Position numbers and translations under genes: made by a program. DNA of 62,409 nucleotides, the filler included, from Choristocarpus tenellus KU-1152 (lineage: Eukaryota; Protista; Phaeophyceae), in the NCBI GenBank assembly GCA_964200185.2. It is 10 parts of 10 records of this genome, joined end to end, with 100 filler letters (N's around TTAATTAATTAA, not from the genome) between each part and the next. Parts side by side here need not be neighbours in the genome. Positions count along the whole stretch, not along the records: positions 10,954 to 14,691 come from CAXNAD020018221.1; positions 14,792 to 22,141 come from CAXNAD020006292.1; positions 22,242 to 26,581 come from CAXNAD020015029.1; 7 more parts are not named here. One strand, written 5' to 3'. Shown here piece after piece: positions 11,254 to 22,279 of this stretch (positions are counted from its first letter, which is position 1; each line of letters starts with the position of its first letter). Under the pieces are notes generated by a model. It was not told the DNA's origin, made no database searches, and was given only the letters and a program-made list of their open reading frames with translations.

Positions 11254-14192
11254 GTTCAAGTGGAGGAGCTATTCAAATGTACGACAAAAGCAATCTCAGC
11301 ATACTGGGGGTGTTGTCCTTTGAAAGTAACACGGCGGGTATGTAGAAGGATAGTATAGGGTCTGATTTTGTAGTGTAAAATGATTTCTTGTAGCAGTAAA
11401 GGATGTGAGATACTTTGTTGTTGTTGTGATCTGTGTTCTGTCTGCTTGATCTTGTTTCCATTACGTGAATAGTCCAAGCAGTGGTAACTAGAATCTTTCA
11501 TTTAAGCTCGACTCAACATTCCCCCCCCCAATTCTTCTGAAATATTTCCAGAGATTGACGGAGGAGCTATAGCGGCATTTTCATTTTCGACAATTTTCTC
11601 TGAAGGCAATGCCACCTTTTCAAGAAATATTGCAAGTGAGTGAAAGCTTGATGTTGTTCCACACAAAGGATACTCATTCCAGCATGGAAGGTCGTGATGA
11701 CAATTGTAGTCTATTTTCTGTACATAGATTGACTAGTCTAACGCCAAACACAGATGCGCACCGATAGTTACTATCTGCCGAACAACATGAGATACCACAT
11801 TTCTGTCATTTTTAATGGCACACTACCTCTTTCTTTCTACTCCTACAACTACTAGTGCCAATGTCTTTGTACAGTTCACTATGGTATACTGAAATTGTCT
11901 CTAAATTACAAAAATGCTGGCCACTGTTCTGCTTAAATCCCATGTCTCCACCATTGTAACCCCACACCAACCTTGTTTGTTACCCTCCAGACCTACTTAA
12001 TAGATTTCTTGAAAAAATCAATACAGGTTAGATCGTGATCGGTCACATTCATCTTGAATGGGTTCACATTTCTTTCAGCACCAATTGAAAGCAATTGCAT
12101 GAATAGGACTCTTGAATTATTTTCGTAATGCTGCAATTTAGATTGTTGAAAGAGGTTTTGATACATGCCTATCCCCTTGAACCTTTCAAGTCTCATGCTG
12201 TTTCTGGAGTGCCCTGAATAGCATGAAATCAATTCCTTACCTCAAAATTGATAAACTGGTGTTTTCATGTGAATACGCTCTAAATGATGATTTATGAGGG
12301 CAACAGTCCAACATAAAACTGAAAAAGGTTGCACATGATTGCAGATGATGATGGAGGGGCTATACATGGACAGTATAATTGCACCATCTTATCAGAAGGC
12401 AATATTACCTTTGTTGGCAACGTTGCTCGTGAGTGCAAGGACTATGTGGCTCCACATCAGAGATAACTGTTTTGCTTGTATGAAGAATCTCCTAGAGCCT
12501 TTGAATTTCACGTATAGAAATCTGTTGCCCTTTTTTGCATTTAACCTTAGAATGAGGGATGAGAGAATTTACGACATTATTGCTCATTGGCAGTGAGTAT
12601 TCTACATATTTAGAGACAATAACAATCTTCTACATAGGAAGAGATATCTCATATTTCCCTTGGTTCGACCTACACTCTACCTCTAACATCCTGCCACTGC
12701 CACTACTATTGCCAACGTCTTTGTGGAGCTATGGATGAACTTGAATTTTGCAATATATCATGCAACTTGGACGACGCCCTCAAGTCTTACTCTTTGTCTG
12801 AGTCGAAGTAAACGATGGGTATCCAGGTTTTGACTGTTTTTCATTTTATGTCAGTTTTTTCAATCTTGTGCAATTCACCAATATTTGTATGGACAAAGTG
12901 TCAAAATTTACTAGAGTGTTGATTTCTCTACTGTTTGAAACCTTTCAACCGAATTCAGAGAATATCCAACATGTATTGTACAAATTTTGCACATGTAAGT
13001 TGGAGTCCTAGAAATGTAACACTGGTTGTCCCTCGTATACTTTGACTCACTCACCCTCTCTGAAGAAAACATGGAGATTGGGTTGGAAAATATTTACATT
13101 AAGGTTTGATCGTTTGATTTATACTTTGCTTCAGCACCAATTCCAAGTAATGGCATGGTCTGTGATGGAAGGGTTGCTGGTATGTGAATTCCCACTTGAC
13201 GGTTTCAAGTCTCCTACTGTCTTTGCAGTGACCTGTATACACTGAACCTTATTCAGAGTGAAAGTATCTTAGAGGGTACGAATTTTGCCCTCTTTGTCCG
13301 TTTGAGGCTTGGTTTCCCATGTCTTTTTTAGAACATTTTACCTACTCCGAAATATTTCGGAGTAGGTAAAATGTGTACGTTATGAAAAGTTGTATCTGGA
13401 ACAAGGATATTGACACTTCCAAACAAACACAATAGCCAATATTACATCAAAATCGCAACATTGGACTTTGGCCCCCACACGGACGCGGCTCTACCCTCTA
13501 ACATACTTTGACCCTCATTGTCTCAATGCTGGTGAACTTGATTCACACCTGAACTATTCAAGAATCGGTGAATAGAACTAATCCTCATTAGGAACATGTG
13601 GATCTATTCAGTACCCATACCCACATTCTTGTCTCACAGCACGGGTTCTATTTACTATGAGGTGCAACTGAACTTCGAATCCCATCTCTGCAATGCCTTG
13701 ACACAATTCCAGACGATCGTGGAGGAGCTGTGTATGTTCTGGACTTCTCCACTCTCAACATTGGAGGCAGTTCCACCTTTTATAATAACAGCGCAGGTAG
13801 ATCCATGTGTTCTGTCTTTCAGTCACGACAGAAGTTGATACGCCAGTGTCCTTGTACAGTCGATATAGGCATCTCCTTTTTACCGTTTCAAGTCTTAGGC
13901 TACTTCTTCAGTGACTAGTATACCTTACAGTTTCATTTATGCTTCAATATTGAGAATGTTTGGACACATCAAGCATGTGTGCATGGAGATAATCCCCACA
14001 AGGAATTTGTTTACCCATCTCCACATTTTAGCCACACAGTATGATCTCTACTTGTTGAGATGAAATTAAATTGGAATCCCCTCCTGTAACCTGTTGACAC
14101 ATTTCCAGATGATACGGGAGGAGCTGTTTATGCTCAGGATTCATCAATTCTCCACTTCGGAGGAATTTCCAAATTTTATGGTAACAGTGCTG
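11254..14192 (+). CDS. Exon cassette of a polymorphic outer membrane protein (Pmp/POMP)-like beta-helix repeat gene. 84-nt exons at 11254-11337, 11552-11635, 12345-12428, 13713-13796 and 14109-14192
   Basis: Each exon is 84 nt, phase 1-1, and encodes one repeat: SSGGAIQMYDKSNLSILGVLSFESNTA, IDGGAIAAFSFSTIFSEGNATFSRNIA, DDGGAIHGQYNCTILSEGNITFVGNVA, DRGGAVYVLDFSTLNIGGSSTFYNNSA, DTGGAVYAQDSSILHFGGISKFYGNSA. GGA[IV] plus FxxN is the Pmp repeat signature. Confidence 0.85.
13256..13514 (+). mobile_element. MITE family 1 (~260 bp, PIF/Harbinger-like)
   Basis: TIRs GAGTGAAAGTATCTTAGAGGGTA / TACCCTCTAACATACTTTGACCC, TSD TCA. Eight more copies are in the window. Confidence 0.9.
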
Positions 14193-15486
14193 GTAAGTCC
14201 ATACGTTCTTTCTTCTACCTATAGACAGGTATTCTTGCCTAGCAGGGAATGAAATTAGAGTCAGTTGCGTATATGTTATCTGTTCTCCATATCAGTGGAG
14301 TAAGATACTGTCTCGATGTCAACTGGTGAGCCTTGTTAGACTAATGGCATGAATTTTAGCAGTTCAGTGAGTATCTTCAATAATAAGGCCAAACAATGCA
14401 CAATTCACTGACCAATGCTGCAAGTCAAACATTGCATAGCAAAATATACACACACGGTAAGAGAAAAGTGCCCAACAAGGTCAAGAGTAGAATCGTTGCT
14501 CCTCTGCTTGGTTGCTCTGTGTACTGCAACTTGTTCTACCAGCACCACATCGACATGCAGGTGCACACTCTCAAAACTCATTTTCTATGCTGACTGCAAC
14601 TTCTGTGCACTTATGGCACCAGTAAGTAATTCGACACGGTGAAATGTACTCAGATTAAAAATATAACCATGATGTGGATTTGTTGTGATTGNNNNNNNNN
14701 NNNNNNNNNNNNNNNNNNNNNNNNNNNNNNNNNNNTTAATTAATTAANNNNNNNNNNNNNNNNNNNNNNNNNNNNNNNNNNNNNNNNNNNNGTTGAAGGC
14801 GGGGGTGGTGGTGGTGGTGGGGGTGGGTTTGGGTTGAGAGGAGGGTAGGGTGGGTTGGGGTGGAGGGAGTGGGGGAAAGGACGGGAGGCGGAGATCCCCC
14901 TGTTGAGGGTAGGGTGGGGAGAGATGGGATGGGGGAAAAGGGGGGAAAGGTAGGAGAGGGTTGCCAGAAAGGTAGGTATTATGGGTATGCTTACATTGTT
15001 TTTGGAACCAAATTTGTTCGTATGGTTCCGCGCGCTGGTTTTGCGCGCGTTTTGAAAGGGGTGTTCAAAGGTTGACACAATCGCCTATGTTTACAGATAT
15101 AATTGTGTCTCAAACAATGATCACTTTCCAAGACGTGATGCTGAGGTGTAGAGGTACAGTCTATTAGTCAGTTGTAGTTGTGACATGCCTGATTTTTTGT
15201 GAGATGAAATCTTAGTTGGACCGAAGAAAAATCTCACCGTAACTCGGTTTGATGGTTGATACATGTACAGAAAATTGCCAACTCATTCTAGAACATACTC
15301 TGTGGCATGTTTCTCTATCACACTTTTCTCAGGGGGAAAATAGGGGTCTCAAGTTACACCTAAGCTCTCTACTTAAAACGGGGCCCTACTTCTATGCCGG
15401 TATCATTTCGCCCAACCTCTCCTCCAGCAATTGCACGGTTGCACGCAATTCCTGCAGGGTGAGGTGAGGTCATCGGCTCGATTAAT

Positions 15487-18400
15487 ATGATGGCCACACC
15501 ATCCTCAGGAGACCGGTACCCATCGAGGGCGTCACCGGTACCGGTGGAGGAGCATGGAATTGTGCGAAAGTCGTCTACGAGCGCAAGTTTCGAAAAGGCT
15601 GTAGGTCCTGGACAACGTGAACCAACGCGAAAGGTAGGGAAGTGGAACTTCAAGAGCTCTGCTTAATATGCTTTCTAGGAGTATGCGAACTAAGTCATGG
15701 GAGGGATCTCGTGGAATACCGGTCTGCCTTTTTTCGCCCATATTTTGTGTGAAATTCATCCGGTGCAATATTTCTAGTTGAGTCGACGTTCTGACTTATC
15801 ATCTGATGACGACGAACTTCGTTGATTTTGATTGCAAAAAGAAGCAAACCATTCGCATCTGCCCCTAATAGTGCCGAAGACCACCATCCCATTGCTGAGT
15901 GGAAGCGGTTGTGGTAAGTGGGGAACGCTGAGGTCTAGATGTGCCCGAACCTTTTCCCAGGTTGTCGACCACTGCAGGCCCTCCAGATGGGCGACGTTTC
16001 GATAATCATGGAAACCCAATCCTTACAAGTAGCCTAGAGACTTCCTGACACGTTATTCACTGCGACAATTTCGCAGGGAAGGTTTCACATACGCGACCTT
16101 TCGGGAACCCCATCGAACGGGACCGCAATGTCACCTGCGACCTTACTGAGCAAGTCGTTGCCAAATGGCAACATCTATCGTTTGGGGGAGAGTGATGGTG
16201 TCTTACCTCATCCTGGTCGTCATGATGTGAAAAGTGACTCGTGAGTTCAGGTCTCTCTGTAGCGCACTTGCGTGATTGATGTTGAGTTTTAGTTTTATTT
16301 GTTTGCTGGAGATAAGAGCAGGTGCAATCGTCTACCCTCCACGGATCAGATTTTGCAGACTTGTATTGTGGTGGCCCTGGGATCAAGGCAACCTAGATGG
16401 ATTAATGAAATAGGTACACTACTATGACCTGGTATAGCGTTTCCCACCGCTGGCCTCGTTTTTTCTTAGTCACTCCACTCTCTTTTTATTGCTATATGAT
16501 GTGGAAGGAACATGGTTGATGCACTCATTGCACCTGTGCCTTCCGATAAAAGTGTATTTCGATTGTCACTGTGAGTGTATATTGCTAACAAAGGTGTAAG
16601 GCTGCTTGGAGTCTCACTGTAGGTGTAGAATGCAAAGTATAGGATCCTTGAGTATTGCCCCTCGCATCCCTACTTTTTTGTCCCATGTTGGAAGGTTTTG
16701 GGCTGATATTTTCAGATAGGGTAGATTTCGAAACAAGAACAGACATAGACTCGAGTGGTTTGTGCCAATATGTTCCATTTCTTTCAGCAAGTTCTCCAGT
16801 GCTTGTTGAAGCCGACCTTTGCCACAAAGCCTACTGAAATTCTGATACTGATAGTATCTTTCCAGTCTTGAAAGAGTGGATGTATCACTTCATTTTTTAG
16901 ATGAAGCAACTAGTCCATGTGTGATTGTCAGTACTATATGATGCTCTCCAACTCTTCACTTTAACTCTATGTTCGCGAGTACTGAACCAGGAAACATAAT
17001 ACTTGGCCAAACTCTTCGCCCATCTTTTTTGTTTTTTTCAACTCCAGAGTCTTTCATGTCGATGTTAATATTAGTCTATTTTCCCCAACTTCAACTCCTT
17101 GTTTAGTTTTGTTCGGTGCTGCTAAATTGTTCCACTTGTCTACTCACATGCTCATCCCTGTTTGGTATACATTTTCATCAGTCCTCACGTGGAACCTCTA
17201 TTGCGAAGTCACACAGAGGGTGACCTCAAGGGTGAGAGCATACACAGTGATCAGTTCTCTGGACCGTCTTCTCACGTTCATTCTGCCTCATTCGGTGGGA
17301 CTACCAGCAGCCTTGGATTACCCCCAATCCCTGGTGGGGCTTCTGAAGGTGCTGCTAGTGGCGACATCAGCACTGTTGCTACTACAGTGGCAGGGGGGGG
17401 GAATGGAAGCTCTGCAGTAGCTGTGAATGCGGTGGGAGAGCCGGTGGAGCGGCAAAGAGGTCGGTTTAGAGTAAGGGAGATACGGGATGTGCAGGGGCAG
17501 GGCAGATGGCAGGGGCAAGTGCAGGGTCAATCTGGAGCTCCAGGTGCTGTTGGATCATCGGGGGATGTAGCATTAGTGTTGGTTACCCTAATGGAACAGA
17601 ACAAGATGCTCTTAGACAAGGTCTCTGCCATGGAGGCGTTTTACCAACAATATCCGCAGCATGCAGATGCCCATAGGAACAAAGGAGTGGGGGTTGGGGC
17701 AGGGGGCGGCACCAGCGACCGAAAGGAGTCCCCACACGAGTCTGGGCAGGGGCAGGGTAATTCTGCTCATCAGGGGCAGGGGCAGCCCCCAAGGCGTCCG
17801 TCCAGCACTGGATTTAGCAGGAGTGATTCACTGGTGTCTGGTAGTGTGGGAAGCAGCTCCACTGGCGTGAATTCAGGAGGATCTGCTGTGAATTCTGGGG
17901 GAGGTGTAGTGCCTAAGGTGAAGGATGATGGGACAGGACGGAGGGCGGAGCGAGGGCGTCTCAGCACCCTTCTGGATCAGCTTAGAGACGAGGTGGATTT
18001 GTATGCAGGAATTAAGAAGGATATGGACCTTGAGCTGAAGCGAGTGAGTTGTGTGAGAGATGTGTGCAGTGGGGGTGGGTAGGCTTCCTGGGGGTTTTTG
18101 TGTGTTGTTTTTATTAGTGTTATTGGTCCCAAGTGCAAGAGTGGTATACTCTTCTGGAATTTTTTAGCCATATATGCCTATGCAGAATATTGAGATTTGA
18201 GGGGATAGGGTTAGGGCTAGGGTTAGGGCTAGGGTTAGGGTTAGGGTTCAGGTTAGCGTAGGTTTTGGTTGGCTCAATGTGACTCGGAGGGTTATTTTGA
18301 TAATGACTTTTTCGGTGCTTTGTTCTTGGGTACAAGCTGGTTCAACCAAGAATGTAATATTCTTTTTTCAAGAACCAGATTGAAGTACCTTGTGGTAGAT

Positions 18401-21400
18401 TCTAGAGGTAAGCAGTGTTGTTTCGATGTCTGGTAGGCTAGGTTTGTGTTGAAGTATTTTCTTGAATCTATGCTCTCCATTTGGATTAAATTTTTTTTCT
18501 AGTCTCTCACAAATGTGGGAGTTTCCTTCTTTAATGCCACTGGATGTGAAATGGGTCTCAAGTATGCATTGGGACACTGGTTTTTGACAAGGAATTGGAG
18601 ATATTCCAGCAACAATATGTAAGAGTTGTATAGGATCAGTATGGTGGTATGAGATGACAATGCTGGCACTGTAACCTAAAACTTTCTCCCTTGCCCTTAC
18701 CATCAATGATTAAGTGTAGATATTGTACGTACTTGTTGCTGTATCACTAGTCTGTAGATCCAACGTCCTTACGCTCACTCACATTTATCTTAACTTATCT
18801 GTTAAAAGAATAGTATTATTTACACACTTTCTTCCTTTGAATTGTACGATTTGATTTCTAGTTTTATGGAAGGGATGTTTTTGGTGCTGAACCTCGCGGA
18901 AGTGCTGACATTTTCTAGGCTGCTTTGAAGTTGTTCCTCATCTTTTCATGCTGAATGGATCTAGCAATGTTCACCCACACAGCCAGCCCTACCAGGAGGC
19001 TCTGTAGTAGATGCCAATGATCTGAAGTCCTTGATTAGAGTTACCTCTCTGTGCACTTTTTTTTTGTACTTCACTTTTGTTTGTTGTTATGTTGTTATAT
19101 TGTTATATGTTGCTCTTTTTTGGCCTTAACTGCTTTCCGTTGAGGTTTGCATCCAAGCCGAGACGCAAATGTGATTTCTTCTTCTTCTTTGCACAAGTAA
19201 AATGCCACCTATTGAGTTGTTTTTTTTTTTGGGGGGGGGGGAAGGCAGTAGGGTGTCAAATGTCAAGTCATGAGAAAGTTTGGGTGGCAATTTTTTTTTG
19301 GCTGTAATAATTTTCATTGTTAACCTGTGGAGGATGACAATACAATTTGTGTTGTGTGTCCGTCAGGTACGACAGCGTTGTCGCTATCTTGAGGATAAGG
19401 CACAGGAAGATAAGAACAAGTACGCTGCCATAGAGACCAAGCTGGAAAGGAGTAAGGCCAAGAACAAGGCCTTGGGGGAGGAAAATCAGCAGTTGAGGGC
19501 CAGGCTTGGACAGTTTCAGGTGAAGGCCTGTGGGGTTTTGAGATACAAGGTGGTATTGACTGCAGCAACGACATGTGCTTTTGACTTAGAAGTGGAGAAA
19601 AGCCTGGATTATTGGTGTGTTTGGAGGGAGGGGGTCCCGTGTTATTTCTTGCATCACCTGACACTGCTGCTTTAGAAGTTGTGGACTTGAGGCACTTGCT
19701 GGGTGGTGGTGTCTTGGCTGAGGTGTTAATGGACACACACACTTTGTGACTCGCACTCAATATATACCATCACCACATGTAGGCTTGACCCTCCATCATC
19801 ACATACCATCATCATATACCGCAGGCAAGCATGTTGATAGCTCGTCGCTGTTGTGATTCTGGGACCTCAAAGTATTGTGGCTCTAACCGGTGCTCTGATT
19901 GTACTTGTGCTTGTTCTGGGGTTTGCAGGGTGGCGGCCATATGCAGCAGGAGGTCATCTCTAAGAATGCCTCGCCATTAATGATGGCTTCCCCCCTCGGT
20001 GCTGCACCCACTGTGCAACAACACCAGCAGCAGATGCTCAAGGCGGGGTTGGCTAGCACTTTACAACTGCCCCCCCCTGCGTCTACTCCTTCCCCCCCGC
20101 CTTCACACACTCCACAGGACCACAGCACAAATCCAAGTACATCTGCTCCTGGGGTAGGGCCTCCCTCTCTTGGGAAGTCCTCAATGCAACAGGGGCAGGG
20201 GATGTGGAAGTCATCAAATCAAGGACAGGGTCATGGTCAGGGACAGCAAGGTCTAGGACAGGGACAGGGAATGGGGCAAGGGCATCGTCCTCCTCCTGGC
20301 AATGCTGACAAGAACTGGTCCCCAAGAAGGAAGTCCAGTGAAGGTGTCAACGTGGAGAATACTGTGAGTGTCTCTACTGTGAAATGGAGAGATGGGTTTG
20401 TCAACCACAATGCTCTTTTTTGTATTACTAGCCATGCTAATCATCATCATCATCATAAATGCTTTTTTCTGACACAAATTTAACCTGCCAAGTTTGATCG
20501 ATTTTTCTCATCTAGTTCCTGTTGTCTGTGGAACTTTGAAGGGACAGGCGAAGGGCATGGTGGTGCATCGAAGGGGATCTGTGGATCAAGTGTTTCATAG
20601 CACAGGTTCACATGGAATGGGAGGGGGACAGCAATCGGTGAAGCAGCAGATCATGCATGGCCAGTGGCATAGTCAGCATGGTCCAGGCCTTGTTCAGGGG
20701 CAGGGCCAAGGGCATATGCATGGGCAGGGGCAGGGGCACATGCATGGGCAGGGGCATATGCAAGGGCAGGGGCATTTACAAGGGCACATGCAGGGGCAGG
20801 GGGGTGGGAGTGGGATGGGGGGGGGAACTAACATGATGTATTCACGACAACAAATGCCCAAGAACAATCATGCACGCTCTGCAGGGGCTGGTGGCCCACA
20901 TGAGCATATGATTGGGAATCAGAACCAGCATCAGGTGACTTTTTATTTCTTGGTTCATAGTGGGGCTACTTGTTGGATACGTGAGCGGCCAAATGGTGGT
21001 ATGTATGTTTTGTTAGATACGTGCTTCTGTCACTGTGGCACCTTGATAGTGTCACTGTGGCGCCTTGATAGTGTAATTTTATGTACTTGATTGTAGTGTT
21101 TTTTTGCTATGTGACGATGATCTGAGCTGGGTTTTTTTTTGTGGTAATTTGATGTTATGTTCTGTGTCCAATTTTTAATGTATTGTTTTCAGACCCTTTA
21201 GAGTATTGAGGGAGGTTTTCAATGAGAAAACTCATGTGGACAAGTGCCTACAACAGGAGATGCTCAAAAGGCTTTGTGCCCTTCCTACTGTACTGTTCCC
21301 CATGCCGCCAGTGATCCCAATTTACCCGTTAACCCATCCATTGGCTAGAACTCCCAGAGTAGGTAGGTGAGGTAGTAGACAGTGGTAGGCAGAGCCTCTC

Positions 21401-22141
21401 TCCCCCCCCCCTCCCTATGGCAAATTGATGAAACTGTTCTGTGACCAATTTTCACCCCTACTAGTAGTAACTTCAAAAACCACTGCCCTCTTTTATTTTT
21501 TTATCTTGCTCTCTGTATTCCACAGTCACACTCTCAACAACATCAGAGAGTTTCATCCGTAGATGGCATGGGACCACCCCAGCACCTCAGGAAATCCTCC
21601 ATGTCAGAATCCATGAAGTACACTACCGCCCCTGGAACCTCAACTGGAGGTATGTCGGGTGGGGTAACAGTGAATAGTGGTGTAGTAGGCGGAGGGGTCA
21701 CTGGGAGTGGGGGGGGGGGGCGGGGGGGGGGGGGGGGGTGGGGGGTGGGGGAGGCGGACTATCATCTTCAGTTGGCAGTAAGAGACACCCATTGCAAGGT
21801 GGACCCATGGGATTAGATGATTTTGCACAGCTAGCACCGTTCTCCACCGCAGGTACAGCAGGATCAGGATCTGGTGCAGGGGGTGGGGGTGGGGCAAATA
21901 ATGCCTTGGGGATGTCTAGGAACTCCACCGGGGCTTCCACGGTGCAGTCACAAGGAGCCACCAGTCATGGGCAAGGGCACAACCAAGGGCATAACCAAGG
22001 ACATGCCCAGGGTCAGCACGGGCAAGTATTGGGGGGTACGCGTGATGGGCGGCAAGCAGCTATTATGAATGCCTATGGTCGGCCTTCCAATGGTGGAAAT
22101 GCTGGCCCTGGTGTTTCCAATACGGGTACTGGTGGGAGTGG
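15487..22141 (+). CDS. Multi-exon gene with two RFx[VI] motifs, a coiled coil and a Gly/Gln/His-rich low-complexity tail; 3' end cut by the contig. Exons 15487-15633, 16077-16240, 17182-18043, 19367-19519, 19929-20363, 20542-20934 and 21526->22141
   Basis: All junctions are GT-AG and phase-compatible (0,2,0,0,0,0). Motifs are TRK|GRFHIRDL and RGRFRVREI. The coiled coil reads LSTLLDQLRDEV..LELKR|VRQRCRYLEDK..NKALGEENQQLRARL. One frame slip in the poly-G run at ~21710-21750 is probably a sequence error. Confidence 0.8.
18207..18256. repeat. Intronic (TTAGGG/CTAGGG)n tract
   Basis: agggttagggctagggttagggctagggttagggttagggttcaggttag. Confidence 0.85.
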
Positions 22142-22279
22142 NNNNNNNNNNNNNNNNNNNNNNNNNNNNNNNNNNNNNNNNNNNNTTAATTAATTAANNN
22201 NNNNNNNNNNNNNNNNNNNNNNNNNNNNNNNNNNNNNNNNNCCCCCCCTCCACCCCAGATACTTTGGGTCTCTGGGCAC

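Noticed and set aside
21709-21750. Programmed frameshift or pseudogenisation in the Gly-rich exon
   Set aside because: The slip lies in long G homopolymers, where short-read errors are common.
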